Positions 9,839 to 23,543 of a stretch of DNA of 32,000 nucleotides are shown here, piece after piece. The notes beneath the pieces were generated by a model, which saw only the letters and a program-made list of their open reading frames with translations, had not been told where the DNA came from and did no database searches. Where the stretch lies: assembly GCA_000166095.1 (NCBI GenBank), contig CP002278.1, forward strand, positions 1,050,001-1,082,000, in the 5' to 3' direction. This DNA comes from Methanothermus fervidus DSM 2088 (GTDB taxonomy: Archaea > Methanobacteriota > Methanobacteria > DSM-2088 > Methanothermaceae). A program made the translations under genes and the position numbers. Every line of letters starts with the position of its first letter. The first letter of the stretch is position 1.

Positions 9839-11080
9839 TTGGAGGATGGAAAGTTGGGAAATGTCTTGAAAGTTGGTGTAGGACAGGATAAAAATCCTAA
9901 AAAAGCTGTGGACATGGCATTGAATAATGTAGAAAATCCAGATTTAACATTGGTTTTTGCATCTTCAAATTTAAACATGGAAAAAATATATGAAACTATT
10001 AAAGATGAAGTTGGAGATAGCTGTGTAGTTGGAGGCAGTACTGCAGGAGAATTTTCATCAGTAGTTAAAGAACCAAAAGAGAATACTGTGGCTGTAATGA
10101 CAATAGAAAGTCCGTATTTAGGTGTGGGAGTAGGAATAGGTGAAAAAATAAGTGAAGATCCATTCAAATGTGGAAGAACAGCAGTTCGTGATGCATATTC
10201 ATCATTTAAAGGTAAGGGAACTCTATCATCATTAATGTCAGTTGCATTCATGTCCAAACGTGCATCAGAAATATCAAAATTAAAACCCTTTGTAAATATT
10301 GTCATCCCTGATGGTTTGTGTGGAAAAGAAGAAGAATTTCTAAGAGGAGTTGTTTATGAAAGTGAAAGTACCACTCCAATAATTGGAGGATCTACCGGAG
10401 ATAATTTAAAGTTTGAAAAAACATTTCAAATTTGTAATGGTTTATATTCCAATGCAGGAGTTGTCACTGTACTTGGAACTGTATTAAAAATTGGATGTGG
10501 TTATGGACATCCCTATACACCTACTAATAAAACTGCAGTGGTCACAAAGTCTGAAGGTAGAGTACTTTATGAATTAAACCACAAACCTGCTGATGAGGTC
10601 ATAAAGGAATTTCTAAATGTTGATGAGCTCACTTATGAAATGTTTTCAACGAAAACATTTGGTGTCAAATCTTCGGATGTTTTTGGAGAATATACAATAA
10701 AAGCTCCAGCAAAAATCAACGACGATGGGAGTATTATGTTTTACTCTGAAGTAAAAGAAGGTAGTTTATTAACATTGATGGAAACTAATAAAGAAAATGC
10801 TATAAATTCTTTCAAAAACACATTAAAAGCTGCAATTCATGATGCTGGTAATCCAGAAAACATTGGATGTATTATTATTTTCAATTGTGTTCTAAAATAT
10901 TTACTCAACAAAAAATTGGGAATAAATGACCTTGAAATTATTAGAGAAATGTTAGGAGATGTTCCAGTTATTGGATTCAACACTTATGGAGAACAAGGTG
11001 CAACATTAGGTGGCTCAATTGGCCATTACAATCAAACCTCAACATTAATGGTAATTGGAGATGAAGTAATTACTCAATAA
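9839..11080 (+). CDS. FIST-domain protein (FIST-N plus FIST-C sensor-like, no output domain)
   Basis: The layout is typical of FIST proteins (PDLTLVFAS..., VVGGSTAGEF, IIGGSTGD, GFNTYGEQG). The track start is a TTG at 9839. A TTG at 9854, 8 nt after GGAGG, is an equally good start. Confidence 0.6.
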   Translation: MEDGKLGNVLKVGVGQDKNPKKAVDMALNNVENPDLTLVFASSNLNMEKIYETIKDEVGDSCVVGGSTAGEFSSVVKEPKENTVAVMTIESPYLGVGVGIGEKISEDPFKCGRTAVRDAYSSFKGKGTLSSLMSVAFMSKRASEISKLKPFVNIVIPDGLCGKEEEFLRGVVYESESTTPIIGGSTGDNLKFEKTFQICNGLYSNAGVVTVLGTVLKIGCGYGHPYTPTNKTAVVTKSEGRVLYELNHKPADEVIKEFLNVDELTYEMFSTKTFGVKSSDVFGEYTIKAPAKINDDGSIMFYSEVKEGSLLTLMETNKENAINSFKNTLKAAIHDAGNPENIGCIIIFNCVLKYLLNKKLGINDLEIIREMLGDVPVIGFNTYGEQGATLGGSIGHYNQTSTLMVIGDEVITQ

Positions 11081-11233
11081 CATAAATGTTTTCTCCATTT
11101 TTTAACAAATTCTTCTTTTTTTGAATTCTAAAGTTAAATTATTAATAATAGAAAAATTAAGTTTTTTAATGCAAAAGAGCAAAAAATAATTATCTTTACT
11201 ATAATTTTTCCCATAATACTAGGAGGTCGCTAA

Positions 11234-12442
11234 ATGAGAAATATCCGTGTTGAAAGTGTTAAACAATTGCCCATTGAAAATCAAGACATTGAAATTGTGG
11301 AAAGAAAAGGAATAGGTCATCCGGATAGTATAAGTGATGGTATTGCAGAATCTGTAAGCCGTGCATTATGTAAAGCATATTTAGAACGATTTGGTGCAAT
11401 TATGCATCACAACACAGATGAAGTACAAGTCATTGCTGGAGAATCTTCTCCAAAGTTTGGTGGCGGCGAAGTAATAAAGCCCATACATATTTTATTAGCA
11501 GGGAGGGGAGTAGCTGAAGTTAAAGGAGAAAAAATTGGGCTAAATAGAATTTCAATTGCAGCAGCAAAAGAATATCTTAAAGAAAATATAAGAAATCTTG
11601 ATGTTGAGACATCTGTAGTAATCGAATGTAAAATAGGTCACGGATCAGCAGAATTACAAGAAGTATTTGAAAGAAAAAAAGATAAAATACCTTTAGCAAA
11701 TGATACTTCATTTGGTGTAGGTTTTGCACCATTATCAGAAACAGAAAAAATAGTATTAGAAAGTGAAAAATTGCTTAACTCAGATAAATTTAAAAAGAAA
11801 TATCCGATGATTGGAGAAGATATTAAAGTTATGGGATTAAGAGAGAAAGATAAAATTACATTGACACTTGCATGTGCGATGGTAGATAAATATATAGATG
11901 ATCTTGACACTTATAAAGAAGCTAAAGCTGTAATAAAAGAAACTTTACGTAAATTAGTTTCTAAACATACAGAAAGAGACGTAGACATCTATGTAAATAC
12001 TGCTGATCGTTATGATGAAAAAGAACCTTCTATATATTTAACAGTGACTGGTACTTCAGCTGAAATGGGAGATGATGGATCTACTGGTCGTGGTAACAGA
12101 GCAAATGGATTAATAACGCCAAACAGACCAATGTCTCTAGAGGCATGTTCTGGTAAAAACCCTGTAAATCATGTTGGTAAAATTTACAATTTATTATCAA
12201 ATGAAATTGCTGAAAAAATTGTAAATGAGGTTGATTCCGTATTAGAAGCACAAATATTACTACTAAGTCAAATTGGTAAACCAATAGATAATCCAAAGGT
12301 TGCAGATTGTCGTGTTATCTTAGAAGAAGGATGTAAACTATCAGAAGTGAAAAGTGATATTGAAGCTATTATTGATGATTCACTTGAAAACATACAAAAA
12401 ATTACAGAGAAATTAATAGAGGGCAAAATAACTACATTTTAA
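11234..12442 (+). CDS. mat: Archaeal-type S-adenosylmethionine synthetase (methionine adenosyltransferase)
   Basis: 402-aa ORF with the archaeal MAT N-terminal signature [17 protein letters not shown] and the motif [18 protein letters not shown]. An AGGAGGT ribosome-binding site is present. Confidence 0.95.
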   Translation: MRNIRVESVKQLPIENQDIEIVERKGIGHPDSISDGIAESVSRALCKAYLERFGAIMHHNTDEVQVIAGESSPKFGGGEVIKPIHILLAGRGVAEVKGEKIGLNRISIAAAKEYLKENIRNLDVETSVVIECKIGHGSAELQEVFERKKDKIPLANDTSFGVGFAPLSETEKIVLESEKLLNSDKFKKKYPMIGEDIKVMGLREKDKITLTLACAMVDKYIDDLDTYKEAKAVIKETLRKLVSKHTERDVDIYVNTADRYDEKEPSIYLTVTGTSAEMGDDGSTGRGNRANGLITPNRPMSLEACSGKNPVNHVGKIYNLLSNEIAEKIVNEVDSVLEAQILLLSQIGKPIDNPKVADCRVILEEGCKLSEVKSDIEAIIDDSLENIQKITEKLIEGKITTF

Positions 12443-12612
12443 TTTACTCTAAAAACTCTGTTAAGGATGAAACCCGAAAGTTTTTTATATTTGTCAATTA
12501 AAACTACTAACAAAAAGCATGGTAAATAGAACTTTATCTAAATTTTGAATTACCAACAATTAATTTTCTTTTCATTATTAATTTTTGGAAATTCTTACTA
12601 AGGAGGTCTACA

Positions 12613-15723
<3,111 letters not shown>

Positions 15724-15724
15724 G

Positions 15725-17893
15725 TTGCTGATAAATTTGCTAACAAATTCTGAATTAAAATACATAAAAAAAAGACTAGGACGAGATCCTAACCCACTGG
15801 AATATGGAATGCTAGATGTCATGTTTTCTGAACATTGTTCATACAAAAGTAGTAGGCCTGTTATCAAAATGTTTCCAACAGAAGGTGACAAAGTTATTGT
15901 TGGACCTGGAGATGATGCTGGTGTAATCGAAATTAATAAAAAATTTGCTTTGGCAGTAGGTATAGAAAGTCATAATCATCCTTCAGCAATCGAACCATAC
16001 AGTGGTGCAGGAACTGGTATTGGTGGAATATTGCGTGACATAATTTCTATGGGAGCATGGCCAATTGCACTTCTGGATTCATTACATTTTGGACATTTGG
16101 AGGATCAAAGATCATGTTATCTATTTGAAAACGTTGTTAAAGGAATATCTGATTATGGAAATAGAGTAGGGGTTCCAACCGTAGCAGGTGAAGTAGAATT
16201 TGATGAAAACTTCAAATTAAATCCTCTTGTAAATGTAATGTGTATAGGTATAGTTCCAAAAAAGAAAATAAAAAGAGGAATTGCACCCAATGTAGGTGAT
16301 GTATTCTTTTTAATGGGTGGACTAACAGGTAGGGATGGAATTCATGGAGTAACCTTTGCTTCTGAAGAATTAACCAGTGAATCAGAAATAGAAGATCGTC
16401 CAGCAGTTCAAATAGGTGATCCATTTACAAAAAAAATAGTCATGGAAGCTTCTTTTGAAATAATGGAAAAAATACCTGTTTCAGGTGTTAAAGATCTTGG
16501 CGGTGGCGGTCTAACATGTTGTATTTCAGAAATGGTTGCAAAATGTAACAATGGAGCAGAAGTATATGTTGATAAGGTTCCATTACGAGAAAAGAACATG
16601 ACTCCATATGAAATAATGCTCTCAGAATCTCAAGAAAGAATGATGTTTGTGATGCCACCAAAGTATGTAGAAAAAGCTTTAAAAATATGTAAGAAGCATG
16701 AAATACCTGCTGCAGCTGTAGTTGGTAAAGTAACTGATACAGGTAGGTTAGTTGTAAAGAAAAACAATAAAATTATAGCAGATATCCCTGCAGATTTATT
16801 GGCTAATCCTCCAGTTGTATACAGAGAATCCAAAAAACCAAAAAAGATTAAAACTAAAATACCTGATGTAGAGCATCCTCACCCAGAAGAAGCTTTAAAA
16901 AAGGTTCTATCATCCCAAAATATAGCAGATAAAAGTTGGGTATATTATCAATATGATTATGATGTACAGATAAGAACTATTGTTAAACCAGGAGATGATG
17001 CTGCAGTATTAAGGATTGATGATAAAACAGCTATAGCAGCCACTGTTGATAGTAATTGTGCCCATACAAAATTAAGTCCATATCATGGTGGTGCAGGATC
17101 AGTTGCAGAAGCTATAAGAAATGTTGTCTCCATGGGTGCATGGCCAATTTGTATTGTAGATTGTCTTAATTTTGGCAATCCTGAAAAACCTGAAATATTT
17201 TGGCAATTTAAAGAATGTGTCAAGGGGATGGCAAAGGTTGCAAAAGAATTCAAAGTACCTGTAATAAGTGGTAATGTTAGTTTTTATAATGAAACTGAAG
17301 GTATAGCTGTTAATCCTTCACCAGTGGTAGGCGTTGTAGGTAAAGTACCCATAAATAATATTCGAACCCTTGAATTTAAAAATAAAGGTGATAAAATTAT
17401 AATGGTTAGCAAAACATACAAAGAACTCGGTGGTTCAGAATATTATAAAGTTGTTCATGGTATTTCCAGCGGGATAGTCCCAAAGGTAAGGATCCAAGAT
17501 GAAATAGCAGCTGCTAAATCTATTTATAATCTTGTTTCTAAAGACAATGAAAATAAAATCACTGCAATCCATGACTGTTCTAAGGGAGGACTTGCTATTG
17601 CATTGAGTGAAATGGCAATAAGAAGCGGTATTGGCGCTAAAATAGATTTAGATTTAGTGCCTAAATCAGAAAATATTGATAAAATCGAAACTTTATTTTC
17701 AGAATCACATGGAAGATACATAATGACCGTAGATAAATCGGTTGCAAATGATTTTATAAAAGAAATAAATGTCCCAGCAAAAATAATAGGAAAAGTTACA
17801 TCTAAAAAACTTAAAATTAATGATATAATAAACATAAGTGTTAAGGAACTTCAGGAAAGTTATTATGGTGTCATAGAAAATTTTGTTGTATAA
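15725..17893 (+). CDS. purL: Phosphoribosylformylglycinamidine synthase subunit II
   Basis: 722-aa ORF with PurL motifs ([51 protein letters not shown], duplicated AIR-synthase-like halves). The TTG start lies 1 nt after the ileS stop; an alternative TTG is at 15737. Confidence 0.93.
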   Translation: MLINLLTNSELKYIKKRLGRDPNPLEYGMLDVMFSEHCSYKSSRPVIKMFPTEGDKVIVGPGDDAGVIEINKKFALAVGIESHNHPSAIEPYSGAGTGIGGILRDIISMGAWPIALLDSLHFGHLEDQRSCYLFENVVKGISDYGNRVGVPTVAGEVEFDENFKLNPLVNVMCIGIVPKKKIKRGIAPNVGDVFFLMGGLTGRDGIHGVTFASEELTSESEIEDRPAVQIGDPFTKKIVMEASFEIMEKIPVSGVKDLGGGGLTCCISEMVAKCNNGAEVYVDKVPLREKNMTPYEIMLSESQERMMFVMPPKYVEKALKICKKHEIPAAAVVGKVTDTGRLVVKKNNKIIADIPADLLANPPVVYRESKKPKKIKTKIPDVEHPHPEEALKKVLSSQNIADKSWVYYQYDYDVQIRTIVKPGDDAAVLRIDDKTAIAATVDSNCAHTKLSPYHGGAGSVAEAIRNVVSMGAWPICIVDCLNFGNPEKPEIFWQFKECVKGMAKVAKEFKVPVISGNVSFYNETEGIAVNPSPVVGVVGKVPINNIRTLEFKNKGDKIIMVSKTYKELGGSEYYKVVHGISSGIVPKVRIQDEIAAAKSIYNLVSKDNENKITAIHDCSKGGLAIALSEMAIRSGIGAKIDLDLVPKSENIDKIETLFSESHGRYIMTVDKSVANDFIKEINVPAKIIGKVTSKKLKINDIINISVKELQESYYGVIENFVV

Positions 17894-17903
17894 TCTCTTA
17901 AGA

Positions 17904-18460
17904 ATGATAAAAATGAATTTTAAGAGAGAAGTAATAAGGCAAACAATACATGCTTCGGGAGCATGGTTTATTTTACTTGAAAATTTTTTTCCAAATTATT
18001 TAATTGGATCAATAGCCTTACTTTTTAGCTTAATTGGGTATTTCATTTGGTATTTAGATAGAAGAGTATATTTAAGCTTTATATCTAAAATTTTGAGAAC
18101 ATGTAGAAGAAATAAAAAAGACAAGGGATTTATTTATTTTTTTATAGGGATTGGACTAACTTTCCTTTTATTTAATAATAAAGATATTATAAATGCTGCA
18201 ATTATAGTTCTATGTTTTGGAGATGCCCTATCTACAATAGTTGGTAGATTTTATGGAAAACATCCTTTTCTATTTGGGGAAAAAACATGGGAGGGATTCT
18301 TAACATTTTTATTCACATCTTTTTTTTGACAATGATAATACTTGACCCAATAAGAGCATTTATTGCAGCATTGGTGGGCGCATTGGCAGAAAATCTTCCA
18401 CTGGAAGATAATATAACGATACCTCTTTTTGTTGGCATTGCTTTGAGCTACTCCTCATAG
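17904..18460 (+). pseudogene. Polyprenol/dolichol kinase-like CTP-transferase-family membrane protein, split by a frameshift in a T8 run (18320-18327)
   Basis: The ORF to 18329 carries GDALSTIVGRFYGKH...KTWEGF. The frame starting at 18329 continues with a typical C-terminus (AFIAALVGALAENLPLEDNITIPLFVGIAL) and stops at 18458-18460. A 1-nt change in the T8 run joins the two parts. Confidence 0.7.
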
Positions 18461-18623
18461 AGTTTCCTACTTCATCAAGCTTCATCAAGAAAAAATATAG
18501 TCCTAAGTAGGGCATTCTCCCAAACAGACAATCAAAGCTACTCCACTCTTCAACAATACATGAATTTCATTTAGATTTATCATGAAAATTTAGGTTTTTT
18601 CTAGATATTATTGCATTTTGGAC
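18445..18623 (+). repeat. Intergenic repeat, copy 1: module E (GAGCTACTCCTCATAGAG...ATAGTCCTAAGTAGGG) plus a diverged module L1 (TTTTTTCTAGATATTATTGCATTTTGGAC, 18595-18623)
   Basis: It shares GAGCTACTCCTCATAG with 30201-30216 and 25061-25072. It shares ATAGTCCT[A/G]AGTAG with 25689-25701. Its L1 segment matches 25148-25176 and 30433-30461. Confidence 0.7.
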
Positions 18624-18649
18624 AAAAAAGAAATTAAAAAATAAGAAAA

Positions 18650-21600
18650 TCATTTCTCCGGCCTTCTCAATAGATATCCTGCTGCTATTAATGCAATCAA
18701 TATTATAACTCCGATTATTCCTGCAAATGGCACTGATGATGGACTTCCAATTCCTTTAGACACTGGTGTAATCTCATATGCTTTACCTGCTGCAGCACCT
18801 GTAATTCCTGCTTTACCTGTAGCACCTGATTCTGATGAGGATTTACTTGCAGCTCCAGAAGCTTGAGCTGCTCCTCTTGCACCAACTTCACCACCAACTC
18901 TACCTGAAGGACCTGAAATTCCTGGTGAAACTCCCCTTGTTGCTGCAGTTCCAATTCCTACTCTTCCTAATGCAGTTGGAGCTCCTAGTTGTGATGGTGC
19001 TCCTGGAATTGAAGGTTGTGGTGTAGTTGTTGGAATTCCAGGGACTGAAGGTTGTGGTGTTGTTGGAGCTCCTGGGATTGAAGGAGCAAATGCAGCATTT
19101 TTTGTTGCTATATATAGCTGAGATCTTACTGAATTTAATAGATTTGGATTTACATAGTTTAATGCCCATCTTATCATAGCTATATTTCCACAACTGCAAT
19201 CACAGCATGCTGGTCCATATCTGGCTATTAGAGCTGCCCATCTATTCATGAGGAATCTCATTGTATTCGCATCTAATTTTAATCGATTTTGATGTGCTAA
19301 GGTTAACAATGTGCCTATCCAATGAATCTGATCAAATGGATTGTTGTTAAGCCAGTTTGAAATGCCTAAATTATATTTATCTCTTAAATACACATCTATG
19401 AATTCCTTATACACGTCACTACTAATTTCTCCTGGAACTGTAGTCTGCCAAATTTTCAGAGATTCAATGAATGTTGAAATCCTATAAGCTCCTGCCTGGC
19501 CTTTACTCATCAATGCTTTAATAAATTCTGGATTGAAATATCTCGTTCTGAGATCTCTTGCAATATAATCACTTAAAGAAAGTATTTCTGGATTAAATTT
19601 ATTAGAAGTTATAGCAATCCTAATTTTTGGAGTTTCACCTGTTAATACTCTTATTGTCATTGCCAATCCACCTAAATAACTTGCCATAGCATCATTTTCT
19701 GCAACGCCAACTACATATGTACTTCTTCCTTGATATATACCTGAAACTCCGCTCAATAAATCTTTAAATAAGTCTGTATTCTTCTCACCCCAGGTAGTCT
19801 CTGAATAGAAATTACTCATCCTATTTATGAAGATATTTGATAAATCTGTCTCGTTTTTCCAGGTCCATGGTTGATCTATAGCTTCTTTTATGCCAGTTCC
19901 ATATCCTCCAGCAGGTGGGCCCACTATCCTTAATATTGCATAATTTCCTGCTTTTTCAGGTTCTACTCCTGATGCTATATATTTTTGAACAGATTCTAAC
20001 CAATGTTTAGCTACATAATTTTGATCTATTGGATCATCGCCTTTTACTAAAAGTTTTAGATCAACTAATGGTTTCACTGCCGCATCTAATGCCTTTACTA
20101 TTGTATCATTATATTGTCTTGCTATTGTATTATAAGATGCTGCAAGAGCTAATCTAAATGCACGATCAAGTAATACTGCAACCTGTCCATAAGCATCTCT
20201 GAATAAACCACTAATCATGACAATTGCATCGATTCTAGGCCTATTTAGAGTTGTTAGTGGTGTTAATTTAATACCAGAGACTCTTCCTCCTGCTGCCCAG
20301 GTTGGCTCCACACCTAACAATCTTAAAACAAATGAAACCATTGCTCCATCGTCTCTAGCTACATCAACTCCAAATATAACGACAGCCAGTTTTTCTGGCG
20401 GCTTTTCATATTCTTTTAATGCTAAATCAGCAATCTTTTTTCCTAATTCATATGCAGATTGTGTTGGTATCAATGTTGGATCTGTTGCATAGAAGTTCTT
20501 TCCAGTTGGTAAGACATTAGGATTAACAATAGGATCTCCACCAATCTGTGGAGCAACGTATCCACCATTTAAAACATTTAACAATGAATTTAATTCAGAA
20601 TTAAAACTTTGTTTCAATTTGTCGATGAGATCTTTTCCTAATTCTAATTTCTTTGTAATATTTTGTGAAACTGTGATATTTTTTCCTAACAATATGTCTT
20701 TTATCCATGCCTTCACTTGGTTATAAAGTTCATCAAACATCTCAGGTGTTATATTTTCATATGAAATTCCTTTTTCCTGTGCCAATAACCTTATAATAGA
20801 TGGATTGTCAACTCCACCATCTATACTTAACATTGAAGCTACAGTTTCAGCTATTTCGTCTGCAGTCCATTCTTTTCCAAATGTATGTAATCCATAGGGC
20901 ATCAATGTTGTTTCAATTTTAATTAAGTAATCTGAGCATGCTTTGATTAATTCTTCATCGCTTAAATTAGTATTTATTTCAATTTTAGATCTCTCTATTA
21001 ATTTCTTTATATCCTGTATATATGCCTTTTTGAGATTTTCATCTATAGCTTTTTTATAATTTTCTAATAATGTTTTAAGATTTAATAAGTCTCCGTATAA
21101 TCCTGACAACTTCATTGGAGGTGTTAAGTAATCTATTATTACCCCATAACCTCTTCTTTTTATTAATAATCCATCAGCCACGTTATCGACTCTGTATAGA
21201 TGAATGTTAGGTGTATCTCCAATAACTATATCTGGGAAATCAAAATCTAGTAATGCTGTTTGCTTTCTAGGAAGATGTTGATAAGTTGTGTCTACACCAA
21301 TGTGAATCATTGCATCTGCATTAAATTCTTTATTTATCCAAGCATAGAATGCGAGATATTGGTGATGTGGAGGAAGTATCAACGCATGTAACAAAGCATC
21401 TGGATTTCCTTCGTAACCTAATATTGGTTCTGGCCCAATGAATACATTTCCAATAATAATTCCAGGTATAACAATATATTTTGTTCCATTTTTAACTATA
21501 GTCATCAGATTGCCTGGAGGCTCTCCCCAACCTGCAAGTCCTGTAATATTTAACAGCATGAACTCTTTTTTCATCCTATAGAATTCTTCCCATGTGCTCG

Positions 21601-23461
21601 TGCCATTTATTATTGATCTCAATGTGCTTACAATTTTATCCAGTATTTCTAATCCTCTTTGTGATTTATTAGGACACATCTTTATACAATCTCTCATTTC
21701 TTTATACCATTTGTCAAGGACTTTTGTTGCAGTGCTGAGAATACCCGGATCCTTTTTACTATAATTCAGAGCAAATTTTATTATTTCTTCTATATATCCA
21801 AGAGGACCTTCCACAACATACTTTTGAGCTATTGGATTTAAACTGCTAAACCATCGTTTATATTTCTCTGCTTCCCACAATATCGAATTATTAGCAAGTT
21901 TTTCAAGTTCTCCTGGTGCCCATGGTGCCACATTTATGCCTTTAGTTCTTAAAATTTCAACAAATTCTTCAACATTTGGTATTTTGTCAATTGTATATCC
22001 TGCTTCCTTTAATTTGTTAAGTATGTTAATGATAGATTCTGGAAGATTTAAATAACTAGTTCCTATGTTCCATTTTCCTACACCATTCTCATATATAATT
22101 GCAATCTTTTTATCTTTATTTGGTTTAATTTTCAATTGTAACCATTTTTCAACTCTAGAAACAACTTTAGATACTCTTTCATCAATTACAGAATATGAAC
22201 TCAATTCACAACCAGTTAAAGGATCTACACGTTTATCTAGTGCTGCAATAGCAATAGGCTCTATCAGTCCCTGTGATTCTGGGAACACTAATTGCCCTGC
22301 TATATCGTCTCTACTCCATGGTGTTAAGCCATCATCAGAAATTAACCAATCTTTAACACTTCTACTTTCAATTTGAATTATTTTTATAACAGGAATATTT
22401 AGACGTTGTAATAATGCCACAACATTTTTTGAGGCTGGTCCTCCAAGTAAGTAAGTATGTGGTGCTAAAATTATATCTACAACTGGTTTTACAGAATCTG
22501 GATTTGATTCATACTCCTTTACAGACTTTGCGGTTGTGAAAAATTCAACAATGCCTGCATATGTTTCATAACCATATCTAGCAACAACAGGTATTACATT
22601 GTAACCTTTAGTTGTCAATTTCTCAATTAATGAATCAATTCCTGCTGTACCTCCTAGTGCCACATAACTATCTAATTCTATAATTCCAACAGTTGGTTTT
22701 TGAGGATTTAATGGATAATCTTTGAAATATTCTGTTAAATTATTATAAAATTTTCCATTTCTGTAAATTACATGCCGTGAAAACACTTTAACCTCGTCAT
22801 ATTTTACATACACAGGTTTTTTGTTGTATTTCGCCCACATATCTATTGCACAAAGTATTAAATTCTTATCATTCTCTGTACTTGGATAACAATAATATGA
22901 ATACAATTTTGCCCATTTTTGTATTTGTGGATATTTATTTACATATTGGCTTAACATCGTTAGAGGATTGTCAGAAATTTGAGTATAAGCACTGACATTG
23001 TATATATCCTGATCAGGAATTCCTTCAAATATTTTCTTACCATCAATCTGAGACAATTTTACAGAATCAACGCCTTCAGGACAACGTAAATGCACAAAAA
23101 GTTTGTCATTTGTTAAGACTCCTGGACTTTTCAATGTATTAACAAGTTTTGTATAGGTTTCCATAGTATGACCAATTGATTTTACAATGATAATATCTGA
23201 ACTTTTTATCATTGCTGTTAAGTCATCTGAAGACATTTTACTTATCTGTTCACCAGTCCTAACAGTGATATTGAATTTGTCTTTATATTGAGGATACTCT
23301 TCATAAATTTTGTATGTTGCTTCAACCGAATGTCTTGCATAGTGAGGTGGATTTAAAATTAATATGTTTATTTTTTCATGATCTGTAGTATTCTCTGCGG
23401 CTGCAGTCCCTAATAAGGAGAAAATCAGTAGAAATGCTATTAGAATAATTGTTCTTCTCAT
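18650..23461 (-). CDS. CobN / Mg-chelatase H family protein (1603 aa) with an N-terminal signal peptide and a C-terminal Pro/Thr-rich linker, Gly/Ala/Ser-rich tract and transmembrane anchor
   Basis: CobN-family similarity runs along most of the length (e.g. HALILPPHHQYLAFYAWI, IHIGVDTTYQHLPRK, NGGYVAPQIGGDPIVNPNVLPTGKNFYATDP, ISGLFRD, EWLPG-like regions). The start is set at the ATG at 23461, which follows GGAGGG at 6 nt and gives MRRTIILIAFLLIFSLLGTAAAENTT. The C-terminus is ...VPFAGIIGVIILIALIAAGYLLRRPEK. Confidence 0.85.
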   Translation of the reverse strand: MRRTIILIAFLLIFSLLGTAAAENTTDHEKINILILNPPHYARHSVEATYKIYEEYPQYKDKFNITVRTGEQISKMSSDDLTAMIKSSDIIIVKSIGHTMETYTKLVNTLKSPGVLTNDKLFVHLRCPEGVDSVKLSQIDGKKIFEGIPDQDIYNVSAYTQISDNPLTMLSQYVNKYPQIQKWAKLYSYYCYPSTENDKNLILCAIDMWAKYNKKPVYVKYDEVKVFSRHVIYRNGKFYNNLTEYFKDYPLNPQKPTVGIIELDSYVALGGTAGIDSLIEKLTTKGYNVIPVVARYGYETYAGIVEFFTTAKSVKEYESNPDSVKPVVDIILAPHTYLLGGPASKNVVALLQRLNIPVIKIIQIESRSVKDWLISDDGLTPWSRDDIAGQLVFPESQGLIEPIAIAALDKRVDPLTGCELSSYSVIDERVSKVVSRVEKWLQLKIKPNKDKKIAIIYENGVGKWNIGTSYLNLPESIINILNKLKEAGYTIDKIPNVEEFVEILRTKGINVAPWAPGELEKLANNSILWEAEKYKRWFSSLNPIAQKYVVEGPLGYIEEIIKFALNYSKKDPGILSTATKVLDKWYKEMRDCIKMCPNKSQRGLEILDKIVSTLRSIINGTSTWEEFYRMKKEFMLLNITGLAGWGEPPGNLMTIVKNGTKYIVIPGIIIGNVFIGPEPILGYEGNPDALLHALILPPHHQYLAFYAWINKEFNADAMIHIGVDTTYQHLPRKQTALLDFDFPDIVIGDTPNIHLYRVDNVADGLLIKRRGYGVIIDYLTPPMKLSGLYGDLLNLKTLLENYKKAIDENLKKAYIQDIKKLIERSKIEINTNLSDEELIKACSDYLIKIETTLMPYGLHTFGKEWTADEIAETVASMLSIDGGVDNPSIIRLLAQEKGISYENITPEMFDELYNQVKAWIKDILLGKNITVSQNITKKLELGKDLIDKLKQSFNSELNSLLNVLNGGYVAPQIGGDPIVNPNVLPTGKNFYATDPTLIPTQSAYELGKKIADLALKEYEKPPEKLAVVIFGVDVARDDGAMVSFVLRLLGVEPTWAAGGRVSGIKLTPLTTLNRPRIDAIVMISGLFRDAYGQVAVLLDRAFRLALAASYNTIARQYNDTIVKALDAAVKPLVDLKLLVKGDDPIDQNYVAKHWLESVQKYIASGVEPEKAGNYAILRIVGPPAGGYGTGIKEAIDQPWTWKNETDLSNIFINRMSNFYSETTWGEKNTDLFKDLLSGVSGIYQGRSTYVVGVAENDAMASYLGGLAMTIRVLTGETPKIRIAITSNKFNPEILSLSDYIARDLRTRYFNPEFIKALMSKGQAGAYRISTFIESLKIWQTTVPGEISSDVYKEFIDVYLRDKYNLGISNWLNNNPFDQIHWIGTLLTLAHQNRLKLDANTMRFLMNRWAALIARYGPACCDCSCGNIAMIRWALNYVNPNLLNSVRSQLYIATKNAAFAPSIPGAPTTPQPSVPGIPTTTPQPSIPGAPSQLGAPTALGRVGIGTAATRGVSPGISGPSGRVGGEVGARGAAQASGAASKSSSESGATGKAGITGAAAGKAYEITPVSKGIGSPSSVPFAGIIGVIILIALIAAGYLLRRPEK
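18996..19087 (-). repeat. About 33-36-nt tandem repeat (about 2.5 units) inside the CobN-like gene, encoding PQPS[IV]PG[AI]PTT
   Basis: On the plus strand, GGTGCTCCTGGAATTGAAGGTTGTGGTGT, TGGAATTCCAGGGACTGAAGGTTGTGGTGT and TGGAGCTCCTGGGATTGAAGG follow one another. The protein reads PSIPGAPTTPQPSVPGIPTTTPQPSIPGAP. Confidence 0.6.
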
Positions 23462-23543
23462 AGATTTCCCTCCATCAATAAAATGTTTAACATTAGTAAT
23501 AATATTAAAATTTTTTTTCATTAACAATTAAAATAAATTAAAA

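Noticed and set aside
9814-10305. 163-aa minus-strand ORF overlapping the FIST gene start
   Set aside because: It is antisense to a better-supported ORF with family-typical motifs, and it has no ribosome-binding site.
12455-12490. Imperfect hairpin AAAACT...AGTTTT after the SAM synthetase gene as a terminator or riboswitch-like element
   Set aside because: The 6-bp A/T stem with a 21-nt loop is too weak to call.
18715-22376. ORFs 18715..18954, 18835..19026, 18900..19199, 20217..20492 and 22065..22376
   Set aside because: They are alternative-frame or antisense readings of the CobN-like gene. The Q/L/V-rich ones come from its Gly/Ala/Pro repeat region.
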